A stretch of DNA of 63,928 bases, filler included, from Octopus bimaculoides (GCF_001194135.2; 4 parts of 3 records of this genome joined end to end with filler, not necessarily neighbours in it), one strand, 5' to 3'; positions 38,772 through 51,274 are shown, numbered from the whole stretch's first letter. Program-made: numbers and translations. Notes: generated by a model from the letters alone, not told the origin.

Positions 38772-39220
38772 AGGCGCTGGCGTAGTTGTGTGCTAACAAA
38801 TTTGCTTCACAACTACATGGGTCCATGTTAATATCCACTGCTTGACACCTTGGACAAGTGTCTTCTACTATAGTCTCGAGTCGAGCAGTCTTATGAGATG
38901 ATTTGGTCTACGGAAACTGAAAGAAGTTCATCATATATATGATAGTGTGTGTTTATGCGAGCCTGTATATATATATGTGTGTCTATGCGTGTGTGTTTGG
39001 GGGGGGGGTCTGTGGTTTCCCACCATCACCACTTGACAATTGATGTTGGTTTGTTTACGTCCTCATAACTTAACGGTTCGGCAATAGAGATCGATACAAT
39101 AACTACCAGGCTTGGAAAAGAGAATTGGGATTGATTCATTCGATTAAAAGTTCTACAAGGCGCGGCCCCAGCATAGTTGCAGTTTAACAACTGAGCGAAG
39201 TAAAAGATAGAGGATAAAAG
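38772..39220 (+). mobile_element. OK-like SINE, full length, diverged
   Basis: Colinear with 936-1338 but retains the central TTCTACTATAG...GGAAACTGAAAGAAG segment; ends AGTAAAAGATAGAGGATAAAAG. Confidence 0.8.
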
Positions 39221-39239
39221 TATGTTCAACTTCCTCATC

Positions 39240-40700
39240 ATGGTCTTCTTTAAAGTATATTGGTCCGAATGTTTCGAGGTTGTATGGGAGGTCATCATAT
39301 AAATAATATTTCCAGAATGAAGAGAATTACAAAACTTTTTTGGGGAATATTCTCTTTGAAATATTCACTGGATTGGCGATGCATCAAAATCTTGTTCGGC
39401 ACAACCCCAGAAGAATTGGTTAATGCAGCTTGTGACTAGTTAGTAGGTTTGTTTAGACAAGCGATACGTTTCTGCCACATCGGCGGTTTCATTCTTGGTC
39501 ACAATATTCGTCTTCATTGTAGCAAGCGAATTTGGTAAAAGAATCTGGTCTTCCATATTCTATTTGAATATGTATATTGTCTTTCTGTAAAATATCTGCC
39601 TGCTGTACTATCCAAATCGTTGGTCTTTTCCACGCGCCATCCCATTATGTAGTTCGCCTACAGCTGTAGTGAATGTTTCTTGGTCAGTTCTGTATGTTTT
39701 ATTGTCGATATTGTTGCATCATTTTCTCCTAAGGATGCATTAAATTTGAAATCACTCTTTTTATTCCACATTTTAGACCAGGGTCTTCTTAAGTGGGGTA
39801 TTTCTAGACTAATGTTTTCCTATCTCATCTTTCCATATAATGCTTGTGCTTTGGAAGTAAACTTGCAATTTACATTGGCTTATTCGAACATTCTCCTGTA
39901 GTAGTTTTGAAGTATTTCTTATAAATGTGCTTACTTCTACATAAGATATAATTATTATTATAGTAGTAAACAATCTAATAGCGGCACAGATTGTTGAAAG
40001 TTTCTTCAAGTTTTGCTTTTTATCTAGGTTGCTTCCGTTTAGTAATTTCTTTGCGTTTTATACGAGATTTCTACTATGCATTCGTTACGTATTAATGTAG
40101 AGGAGGTTATTAATATTCCCGTAATTAACATCGTATGGCTCCATGTACTCTCCAACATCATCGCACTTTCAATATAAGAGCAGTTGGTGTTTTCAATAAT
40201 CTTGTTCAGAAAGGTCTCTCGCTCGAAAATAGTTTTGAAAAATAGTAAAGCTTTTTACGAACTGTGATTTTCAGATACGTCTGAGTTAAGAGCATTTCAG
40301 AATTGTCTCTTTGTGAGATGCGAGAATTCAATGATGGCAGTAGTGGTTTGTTTACATTATTCCAGATCTCTCTTATGTCAGATTTTGTGCATTTATCTGT
40401 GTTTGAGTAGATTGATAATTATCAGGAATGGGAGCCATCTCTTTAATGTAAGATGATTAATGTCAACGTTGTTTTGCCTAAACGGGTTTACTTCGAATTT
40501 AGCTTCGATCATGACCGTTCTCATAGCACCGAAAAAGATTTTACCTTCGATGCAAAAACAAAGTACAATAAGCATTGTACTTATGTCTTCTTAGTTGGCG
40601 TATTGATGCATCAGTATTGTTTATCGTTATTGATATTATTACAGTTATGATAGTGCAAGAGGAATTTCACGTGGGATAAGGTATACTTTTTATAATGCGA
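39240..40700 (-). other. Degenerate coding-like block, possibly an ancient LINE ORF2
   Basis: Non-repetitive stretch with fragments such as DIREIWNNVNKPLLP...YYFSKLFSS that loosely resemble the APE-RT linker; no catalytic motif found. Confidence 0.2.
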
Positions 40701-41681
40701 TCGTAATGTCGGTAGATTGGTAGTTAAAAAATGTTTTCTCTTGCTTAAAATTAGTGAAATAAAACGCTTCCTGATTTATGTTGGATGAATCGGCATAGTT
40801 ATATAAGTAAGCGTTCAAAAAAGAATATCTATCGGGCACCATATTGGTAATATCTATAAGGGCGTCATATTGGTAACATATGTATGTTTATTCGAAATGA
40901 TTATCGAAGGTCACACTCAACGAGCAAATTGGCACAGTCGAATACTGTGGCCTCGAAAGAAATCGCCTAATTATTAGAACACTGTAGTATGTGTACATGG
41001 ATGAGATAGATATGTGTATACATAATACATACATGCATACATGCATTTATAACATGAAGTAAAATATATGTTTATATCCTTAAGAATATATGAATATACA
41101 TCCATTTACGCACATATAATTAAATACATACATTATATAAGAATGTGATTGATAAATATTATGATAGATAAATTTCAGTACAGTTGCTTAGTAATCAACG
41201 ATAAGTAAAATATCAATATTACAGATAGACTGTGGATTACAAGTGTTTGTTTTATTTATCTTGATATATCTTATGCAGATGTTGCAATTTCCAAAGACGC
41301 CTTCCCTTGGAGGATGAGTCATAACATTTTGTCAAGGATATAGAAAAATGAAAATGAAATATGTACTTGGGAATGAATGCTAATCTGTGTCTGAAAGCGA
41401 CTGCTTTTGTGCAGGAATGTATGCGTATATGTACGAATGCATATTCTTTTATTCATTGATATGTTTTAGCCCTAAGGCTGTGTCCATGTATATATGTGTA
41501 TGTGTGTTTGTGTGTGTGTGTGTCTATGTGTATGTATGTATGTATGTATGTATGTATGTATGTATGTATGTATGTATGCGGATATGTGTGTACATTCAAA
41601 TATCAAACGGTGATGATGAAAGACCAGTACGTCGTTTAAGAAGATATAAGTACAATTCTTATTGTAATTTGTCTTTACATT

Positions 41682-42456
41682 GGACTTTCCAGAATACATT
41701 TGTTATCGTAAATCTGATTAGTCTTCTTCAGCTAGATGTAATGTACTCGAGTTTTGGACTTTCCAGTATACTATTGCTAACGTAAAACTTGTTTGTCTTC
41801 TTCACCTTGATTCACCGAGGACGAAATTTAAAATATGCGCTACATCAATGTCAGTATATTCGCCTGATACGCCTAGCCATAAACAGAACCGAGATCACTC
41901 TAAAGGTTTTATATAAAAGTTATAAATATTATTGCAGCCTTATTGTGCCACTATTTTCTATTTATAATTCTACGTTTACGGTGCCTTATTTAGCTGGAAA
42001 ATGATACTATTGTATTGCAATTATATTTATATTTTTTATACAAAACCTTTCCACTGATCTTGATTCTGTTTATGGCAAGGGGTATCAGGCGAATATACTG
42101 ACATTGATGTAGCGGATATTTTAAATTTCGTCTGCTGTGAATCTAGCTGAAGAAGACTAACCAGATTTACGTTAACAAACGTATACTGGAAAGTCCAAAA
42201 CTCGAGTACTAGGTTATCCACTGTAGATTGTCCATTTATCCGCTGTTCTTCCTAGACGTACGACAAAAATTTTCTACGTTCGCACCCGTACATATTTTTG
42301 CCTGTATACATTCAGTGAAGCTTTACATACAGTCGAACGATTATCGATTGCTATTTCCAGCAGACATTGGCGCCTTGTTGTACCACTATTTCGTATTTAT
42401 AATTCTACCTTTACTGCACTCTATTTAGCTGGAAAATAATACTATTGTATTGCAAT
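41682..42456. mobile_element. Hammerhead-like non-autonomous retroelement locus (435-bp unit with 85-bp direct repeats, plus two inverted tandem motif copies)
   Basis: Direct repeats at 41937-42021 and 42372-42456 (offset 435). Plus-strand motif AATCTAG-CTGAAGA-AGAC...GTCC-AAAA-CTCGAG-TA-CTAGGTT at 42140-42215; two related minus-strand copies at 41744-41813 and 41682-41737. Confidence 0.7.
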
Positions 42457-42895
42457 GTTTTATATATATATATATATAAGGTCTCCACACGCTTTAGGCT
42501 CCCTTCAGTCCACCATCATAAGGACCCCTACCCTGAACATAAGACTCTTTCAACCACGAGTATAGACACCTTCTCCTCATTTACATTTGATTCTTTGTAC
42601 TTTTTATTGTTTTATCAAACACTTCCTAATGATAACTTTCCTCAATTCACCAAAATGTGTTTTAACTACTAGCAACACACCACCAGCATAAAATTTGAAT
42701 TGGAAATTAAATGTAAATATTTAAAATTTTCAACAATGTTACGTCACCAGATGAGGCTCTCTGCACTGTGCAATGTATCCGATGTCATTAAATCTTCCAA
42801 CACCCACAAAGTAGCAGTGCAGAAGGCAGCCGAAAGGATTGTTGTGCTAAATGAAGCTTTTAGTTACACTCCGTCTTCCGCATCAATCCTTTGAA

Positions 42896-42930
<35 letters not shown>

Positions 42931-43414
42931 NNNNNNNNNNNNNNNNNNNNNNNNNNNNNNNNNNNNNNNNNNNNNNNNNNNNNNNNNNNNNNNNNNNNNN
43001 NNNNNNNNNNNNNNNNNNNNNNNNNNNNNNNNNNNNNNNNNNNNNNNNNNNNNNNNNNNNNNNNNNNNNNNNNNNNNNNNNNNNNNNNNNNNNNNNNNNN
43101 NNNNNNNNNNNNNNNNNNNNNNNNNNNNNNNNNNNNNNNNNNNNNNNNNNNNNNNNNNNNNNNNNNNNNNNNNNNNNNNNNNNNNNNNNNNNNNNNNNNN
43201 NNNNNNNNNNNNNNNNNNNNNNNNNNNNNNNNNNNNNNNNNNNNNNNNNNNNNNNNNNNNNNNNNNNNNNNNNNNNNNNNNNNNNNNNNNNNNNNNNNNN
43301 NNNNNNNNNNNNNNNNNTATATATATATTGATAGAAAAGACAACAAAACAAAGAAAGATACATCGATATTATGTAAATAGAGGAATTTATCTGTAAAAAT
43401 ATGTGACATTTATT

Positions 43415-43490
43415 CGGTATCCATGATAAAACTCCGAGTTTCGGATACCGGGGCGGAAACCCACGCCGCCCTGTCTTCAGTTATTTGGCC
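43415..43490 (-). ncRNA. Degenerate hammerhead-like motif (Penelope-type)
   Basis: Minus strand ATAA-CTGAAGA-CA-GGGCGG..CCGCCC-CGGTATCC-GAAA-CTC-G-GAG-TT-TTAT; both core boxes and a palindromic stem III are present, but stem II does not close on the core. Confidence 0.4.
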
Positions 43491-43730
43491 ATTGAATATT
43501 CCTATGAAAATGACCGTTAAACAATGAGAAGTTACTGTGTGGCTGACCATTATTAGCACAAAGGCGCTATAGCCCGCTAAGTAAGGGGAGGGAGTAAAAG
43601 TAAGGGAGTAAAAGTAAGGGAGTAAAAAAGTCCATAGTTTTCGCGGAAGCACACCAATCCATACATTCGCCTATATGTATATACTCAATCAACCACGTTT
43701 GAAACACACACATACTCACCCACACCTTCG

Positions 43731-43780
<50 letters not shown>

Positions 43781-44332
43781 NNNNNNNNNNNNNNNNNNNN
43801 NNNNNNNNNNNNNNNNNNNNNNNNNNNNNNNNNNNNNNNNNNNNNNNNNNNNNNNNNNNNNNNNNNNNNNNNNNNNNNNNNNNNNNNNNNNNNNNNNNNN
43901 NNNNNNNNNNNNNNNNNNNNNNNNNNNNNNNNNNNNNNNNNNNNNNNNNNNNNNNNNNNNNNNNNNNNNNNNNNNNNNNNNNNNNNNNNNNNNNNNNNNN
44001 NNNNNNNNNNNNNNNNNNNNNNNNNNNNNNNNNNNNNNNNNNNNNNNNNNNNNNNNNNNNNNNNNNNNNNNNNNNNNNNNNNNNNNNNNNNNNNNNNNNN
44101 NNNNNNNNNNNNNNNNNNNNNNNNNNNNNNNNNNNNNNNNNNNNNNNNNNNNNNNNNNNNNNNNNNNNNNNNNNNNNNNNNNNNNNNNNNNNNNNNNNNN
44201 NNNNNNNNNNNNNNNNNNNNNNNNNNNNNNNNNNNNNNNNNNNNNNNNNNNNNNNNNNNNNNNNNNNNNNNNNNNNNNNNNNNNNNNNNNNNNNNNNNNN
44301 NNNNNNNNNNNNNNNNNNNNNNNNNNNNNNNN

Positions 44333-44419
44333 AAGGGCATTATTACAGAAAAATAATAACAGTGGACTTCTAAAAAAACCCACTGTGTGGCGTTATTATT
44401 TTTCTGTAATAATGCCCTT
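44333..44419. repeat. Perfect 28-bp inverted repeat with a 31-nt spacer (MITE-like or fold-back)
   Basis: AAGGGCATTATTACAGAAAAATAATAAC (44333-44360) / GTTATTATTTTTCTGTAATAATGCCCTT (44392-44419); abuts an N gap. Confidence 0.9.
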
Positions 44420-45236
44420 TATATAAATATAAACGAATAATTATATTCTTGGGAATAGAAATTTCCCTTATGAATTTTTTTACACACTGGCTTCTTGATA
44501 AAATTCTTGTAAAAGAGTTTTATCCCTTTTTGAATTTATATATATATATATATACGCACACACAGAGACACCCACAGAGATATACACGCACACACAAACA
44601 CAAACACGTATAAATATACATCACTAAACGTAGTAATATCGAGATTTCAAATCCTTAGATTTCAGAGTCACTGTAAATAATACAATTTTCCTAAAACATA
44701 TACTGTTATATTACACGACCTGCAGATCTTATAGACATATACGAACATTCATATGTTCACATACAGTCACACACTCAGGTATGTTTATACGTAAGTATAC
44801 GAAGCTAACATTATACGTTATATATTACATAGGTTATATATTAGATCAGCTGCTTTACTGATAAATATTGCTATTGCCTTCTAATCGTTATTATTTATGT
44901 TTTTACTAATATTTGAATTTTTATCATAAAAATGAATGGATATAAATCCTTTAAAACATATTTTTCTATAAAGTATTATAAACTGCAGTACTTAAATTTA
45001 ATCCTTATAGGTAATTTATTCATTATAAATACATAACGTAGAGTACCTTTGTGTTTTGATACTTAATGTTATTTAAACTGTTTGATGCTATTTTATCAGG
45101 CGTTATTTTAAAGTATTTACAATGTACTGAGTTTTTAAATGGTGGGTAATAGTTTTAAGGCAAACGATTAAACGGATTTTTAACTCACACATACATACAT
45201 GCGTGCATACTTCCATACATATGTCTATGCATGCGC

Positions 45237-45271
<35 letters not shown>

Positions 45272-45514
45272 TGTGTGTGGGTGGGTGGGTGTGTATGTGT
45301 GTGTGTGTGTGTGTGTTGAAATACCTACGTGTATTCATCATGAAATTCTAATACGTTATCGATACCGTGAACTGCTATAAAACCGACAACCGAGCATTGA
45401 ATAAAGTCTTGTTATTTAAAAATCGACACAATCATGCGACAGCGATATATTATTTAATAATAGCTCACTGCTAAATTTTTTGCTTGTGATTGATTTTAAT
45501 CCCTTCTTTTAAAG

Positions 45515-45584
45515 AAATGCAAAGGCAGATCGCTTACAAAGCTTTTATTTCGAATTTGAGAATAAATATTTGCCACATGAAGAG
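45515..45584 (+). other. Candidate upstream exon (xNAKADRLQSFYFEFENKYLPHEE), possibly of the CAP gene
   Basis: CTTCTTTTAAAG| ... GAG|GTTAGT; 70 nt; ends in phase 0, compatible with the candidate microexon at 50563. No homology recognised. Confidence 0.2.
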
Positions 45585-46919
45585 GTTAGTTTACTTGATT
45601 CGATATCAACTGACTTCATTGCATGTGAAAGAACAAATTATGGTATTTCACAGAAGAGCAATTTTGACCAACTACGGTGCCAGGAAAAAAAATATTGTAG
45701 AAGAATATAATTTACTGATGGGAAAAATCCTTACAGCAAATAATAATTCCATTATAAAACCAACATTTTATAATATTTTTCTCTCCTTTTCTTTATTTAT
45801 TGGTCTTTTTTTCTATGAAACATTAATGAAAGTGTTTGGAATATTCAAAGTTATTGAATGTCAACCTAAAAATTCAGCTTTAACGGACACAATATACAAA
45901 CATTGATCAGCGATTTAGAACAGCAGGGAAATTCATTGAAATTGCAGCCATTATGTTAAACAGGCAAAAGAGCAGAGAGGTAAAAAGATAATGAAACAAC
46001 AAACGATCTATAGTAAATGGCTAGTAAAATGATTAAAACAACATGAAGAATAACAATTCTACAATAAATATCGATAAATACACTACAGATCGATAACTGG
46101 TGAAAAGGCCCACTTCATGAACAATGAAGTCAATACACAGCAATAATACACTCATGATGTAGAAATCAGCATATGTGGATAGTGAGCTGCTGAAAAAAGA
46201 ACATTAGACGCTATATTTTCTTATGAATGTACGTGCTATAGGTATTTATCTTATTGTCATTGAGTATATTCTGAGAATTTTACACAATCAGGTCTGAGAT
46301 ACAGAGGTAGTTCATTAATTTTTCTGAAACAGGCTATAAATCGTGTAATCAATATAGGTCTCAGATAATGCTGTTAAACTACTGCTGTATTTGTAAATGT
46401 GAGATGAAAACTATCTACACATATGTAGACATCTTTTTACTTTTTGGTTTCCGAGTCGATATAATACAAACCACTCTGTTATAGTAACCGTTTTACGTAA
46501 CTTATTCTTTAATTCAAAGCGTTTAAAGAATGCAAATATATGAAATAATTTTCAACACAGTAAACACTTATCTTTACTCTATAGAATTCAGAAAATGAGT
46601 ATGGCAATTAATTAATGTTAATCATTTGAAGATTTTTGATAAAATATGAGTTAAGTGAAGCAAGATAAAGCACCTAATATGCCAAAAACTCTTCGTATCA
46701 TTCAAGTAAGTGGTTTCAAGAAAAGGCTTTACATAGGAGTTTCTGATTTTCTCAGCAACCTATTCTCCATCAATAAACAAAAAAATCTGTGTATCTTTCC
46801 GATTTCCGATGTATATATATTTACATTAATATATATCTGAACATATATTTGATATCTGTGAGTGTGTGTGTGTGTGCGTACGTTTTTAAATACATACGTA
46901 CATATATATGTGTGTATCG

Positions 46920-47012
<93 letters not shown>

Positions 47013-47064
47013 TGTGCGTGTGTAGATATTGGTCACTCGTTAATGACGGCATATCAACCACTCT

Positions 47065-47605
47065 CTAGCAAGTATTGTATATATATGTTGTAAAGTCGCA
47101 CCGATAACCAGCTGACAGAGAATCTGCCTGGAGTTAAAATTATAGTAGCATTCAACAGCCACTTTGCTGTGGTGACTGGATTTACTGTTTAGTATAGTTA
47201 CTACTCTGGTCTCTTCGTGAGATTTTACAACTAGCTATTATGCTTGTTGCAAATCAGTGACCGATGGGCACTTTGTTTACAATATATTGTTAGTGTTAGC
47301 AGAATCTGGCTATCGCTCTAGCGTACAGGTGTTTGCGACTGAGGATGAGCCAAATAGGTCGAAACTGAGTCAGTCTCGCGATCCTGATATTTGCTAGAGG
47401 ATGGTAGGGATTCGATCTCCCTGCTAACAATACATTGTATACAAAGAGTGCAGAGTGGCACCGGTAACAAGCTGGCGGAGAATCTACCTGGGGTTAAACT
47501 AGCAGTATCATTCAACAGCCACTTTGAGGTTGCGACTGGCTTTACTATTTAATATAGTCAGGACACTGGTCTCTTCCTGAGATTTTAGAAGTAGCTATTT
47601 TGCTT
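47065..47605 (+). mobile_element. Retrozyme/Penelope-pLTR-like element: 1.5 copies of a 360-bp unit containing one hammerhead ribozyme
   Basis: Direct repeats at ~47065-47245 and ~47424-47605; the clearly alignable 148-bp cores start at 47098 and 47458 (offset 360). The hammerhead lies in the unique middle; no ORF. Confidence 0.75.
47333..47381 (+). ncRNA. Type I hammerhead ribozyme, predicted cleavage 3' of C47375 (GUC)
   Basis: Stem I UUGCGA/UCGCGA (6 bp, one GU); core CUGAGGA 47339-47345; one extra U; stem II GA(G)CC-AAAUA-GGUC; GAAA 47361-47364; stem III ACUG-AGU-CAGU (near-palindrome); GUC triplet. Confidence 0.8.
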
Positions 47606-50562
47606 AAATGAATTATAATTTGGAGAAAAGTAAAGTAACTTTGAATGGACATATAGATCTTGCATGATCTAATTATGACTTTTCTCAACTTCTCAAGGTG
47701 TTAAATTAGTTATTCTTTCTAACCCCACGACGTAATAAACACCATTTCAGACGAATTTTGAGCGAAGATACATTTTCATATATGTGCGTATGTGTGTGTG
47801 TGTGTGTATTTGAGTATTGATCCATGTATATGTTTGTGTGAGTGTGTGTGTGTGCGTGTGCGCATATGCGTGTATGTGTGCGTGTGTGCGTGCATGTGTG
47901 TGTGTGTGTATGTTTACAGAAATATACACTATCATGCACATGAAACAACACGCATATATACACGTACATACCAATTCATATATGCATGTGTGTGTTTGTA
48001 CATTTTTTTCATTCTTGTCCATCTGTATATGAATGTTTCCGTACAGTTCATTCATATCAGAGATACTCACCAATAGGGAGATGAGACGGTGTTCCTTCTT
48101 CTTAAGTATCCTCACAGAATCATGCATTTATATGCAAATTAAGAAAAGCAACTGACAAAAATACAGCTTTCAGTCTGCCTACGACATTGCATGGAGCACA
48201 ATGTCAATGAAAGCGTCTGGCGTTTAAGAAATCCTACATATGAAACATACGTAATTCACACATCTTATTCTGCTTTTTCCTCCGTTGATTATCTTGTCTG
48301 TAACGCTTCAAATTGATTAGTTGAATAGGGAGAGAGAGGAGAGGAAGAGAGGAGGAAAGGGAATGGATTGTTACGGATGGGTGGATGTTAGAGGTAGTAG
48401 CGGAGCGGAGTGGACGGAGGAGGAGAGGAGACAGATGGGGAGGCGTAGGTAGTGGAGTTAAGGAGATACAGAGGGAGAGGCGGTGGTGAGTGAAATGTGA
48501 ATTTTTTTTAACTAAGTCTCTTTTCCCTCGTTACTTAGCACGTATGTAACGCTTTCACATGATTAGTTGAAAGGAAAGATGAAAAGCGAAAGAAAAAGGA
48601 GAGAAGAAGTAGGTAAGGCGAAGAGTAAGAGAAAGATGGAGTGTGTTGTGTATTAAGTCTATAACATTGTATATATATAAAGTTCAATAAGTAATTATCG
48701 TATTCCAATTTCCTTCACTTTTCCATGATTAGATGAGAGACTATCTTTTGATACAGACACAACACAGGTTATGATTTCAGGTTTTTTGGAAATAAAACTA
48801 ATTTTACCATTAATTCCGTGAAACAATGTTCATAAGCCTCAAATGAGGGCGAAATTTTCGTGATGAAAAGATGGTTTCCCATGAGATTCCCTATTGCTGC
48901 ATTTGACGAATGACCAACTTTATTCCTGAAGACTATGACAACATTGGCTCCGTCGAACACCGCTTATTACGCAAAAAATTATCGAATTTCAACATGAGCA
49001 CTAATACGTTTTATGATAGAAATGGTGCAACAATGTATATTTGCAAAATTTTGAACTGTTTCTATTCAGTTCTACTTTTGTTTTGGCTCCCGATAGATTA
49101 ATGCGTGGGTGGGGAGTTTTGGTGGTGGCCTTGATAAAATTAATGGTTTTCCCAGTTCATAACGAGTGGGTTTTACAAAAGCAGCATATTCTGTGTAAAT
49201 TTTAGATACAAAATTACTTTTTTATATTTTCTTCCAGTTTAGTTACAAAATGGCGTTAAAATTCAAGCTGAAAAATCTTGCAACTGAAGTTAGAATTAGA
49301 ATAAAATGTAATTGCGTTTAGCTTCATTGTAATATAAGATTATTCCACCTCTTCAGATTGTAACTCCCACTATGAAAGAAATACTATATGTCGTTTCTTA
49401 AATTCACTCATTATAAAGTATAAGGTGATGAATAAGAGGCGGGTTTGCAGATATGATGGGGACGTGGCATGTCATTCAAAATTTGAAAAAGAATATAAGC
49501 TACTTTCTGTCTTTTAACTGAAGCTGAGCTGACATTTAGGCAAACATTTAGTGAGCCATGCTTTTGCTCCCGATAATACGAAAATGAATTTTCAGTAGAT
49601 GCTAAGTTCTTGCTATCTATGACCATAATTCATTAGAAATCCAGTACTCTTGGAATCTTGATAACAAGAAACTCTACCCCAGGAAATTCTATGCTGTTTA
49701 AAACAAACAAATTCGAGAAGAATTAACCTCGCTACCTAATGTGCACCAAATTTAATTTTTTTTACACAAAATTTGCATAAACCATTAGGTATTGTCTCAG
49801 TTAGGCATGCACACGAAATTATGCTCCACTTCAAATTAAGTTATATAACCAACATATTACCCAAAATATCCAAGTCAGCTTTTCAATAATTTCATTAGGT
49901 TTGCCATCCGAATCCAATCAATTCTAACGTTAGTCGCCAAACTATTCTACACGAACAAACACAAGCCATTTAATTTAAATTCATTTCTTCTAAGCTTACC
50001 ATTTTTAACATAGCTGTTCATTACCGACTGTACATCTGAGTCTATTTTTCTGTAAATCTTCTAATTTATGCCCAGAAATATATGGGTGTGAGTTTATGAA
50101 TGTCTGTGAGCAAGCATGTGTGCAGATGTATGAATGCGATCGTTAGTACTTGTAACAGTCAACCATATCCCATTTTATGAACAACTTATTTCTTTAGCAA
50201 ATATTATATTTTACTGCAGAATTCAAGTGCCTAATTCTTGAATATATATTTCCATATTTAGCTTTTTATTTGTCAGGTTGATGCAATCTCAATATATATG
50301 TAATTGTTACCCTTATGTTGTCATTCCTGCCAATAAATATCCATTTATCTGCTTCTTGATTTTAGGGTTAATTCTTTTGTAAATTTACGGCTTGTCTCCA
50401 CTCACGTTAAGGAGATTGGACCAAGTCAAACTCATTCAAATTTGTCTCCCCGTACATCGCAAAGTGCAAATATTATTGGTCATCAGACATTTAGATTTCC
50501 ATTATCGTATTTTCCGAGTTGCCTTGAATTTTCTATCTACTAGATATTAAATAATTTTCCAG

Positions 50563-50692
50563 ATACTTAAACGGTAAGTGCTACCACTTAGTAATGTAAA
50601 CTGAATTTGTTTTCTATATAAAATATTTTACAGATTGTTCCGACGATTAATGCAGGGAGATAATGTTTGGGGAAGATGCAGAGTTACTGACA
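50563..50692 (+). other. Candidate 11-nt microexon (50563-50573) and 59-nt exon (50634-50692), phase-compatible with the CAP exon at 60037
   Basis: TTTTCCAG|ATACTTAAACG|GTAAGT, a 60-nt intron, then TTTTACAG|...GACA|GTAAAG; the joined frame reads ILKRLFRRLMQGDNVWGRCRVTD-T-SIKFQQ. Confidence 0.3.
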
Positions 50693-50709
50693 GTAAAGAA
50701 ACGAAAGAG

Positions 50710-50786
<77 letters not shown>

Positions 50787-51205
50787 NNNNNNNNNNNNNN
50801 NNNNNNNNNNNNNNNNNNNNNNNNNNNNNNNNNNNNNNNNNNNNNNNNNNNNNNNNNNNNNNNNNNNNNNNNNNNNNNNNNNNNNNNNNNNNNNNNNNNN
50901 NNNNNNNNNNNNNNNNNNNNNNNNNNNNNNNNNNNNNNNNNNNNNNNNNNNNNNNNNNNNNNNNNNNNNNNNNNNNNNNNNNNNNNNNNNNNNNNNNNNN
51001 NNNNNNNNNNNNNNNNNNNNNNNNNNNNNNNNNNNNNNNNNNNNNNNNNNNNNNNNNNNNNNNNNNNNNNNNNNNNNNNNNNNNNNNNNNNNNNNNNNNN
51101 NNNNNNNNNNNNNNNNNNNNNNNNNNNNNNNNNNNNNNNNNNNNNNNNNNNNNNNNNNNNNNNNNNNNNNNNNNNNNNNNNNNNNNNNNNNNNNNNNNNN
51201 NNNNN

Positions 51206-51274
<69 letters not shown>

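Noticed and set aside
40915-40970. Hairpin GGCACAGT-CGAAT-ACTGTGGCC followed by TCGAAA
   Set aside because: No CUGANGA box upstream; at most an unrecognisable relic.
48769-49101. Two short opposite-strand ORFs, considered as a transposase remnant
   Set aside because: No convincing motif in any frame.
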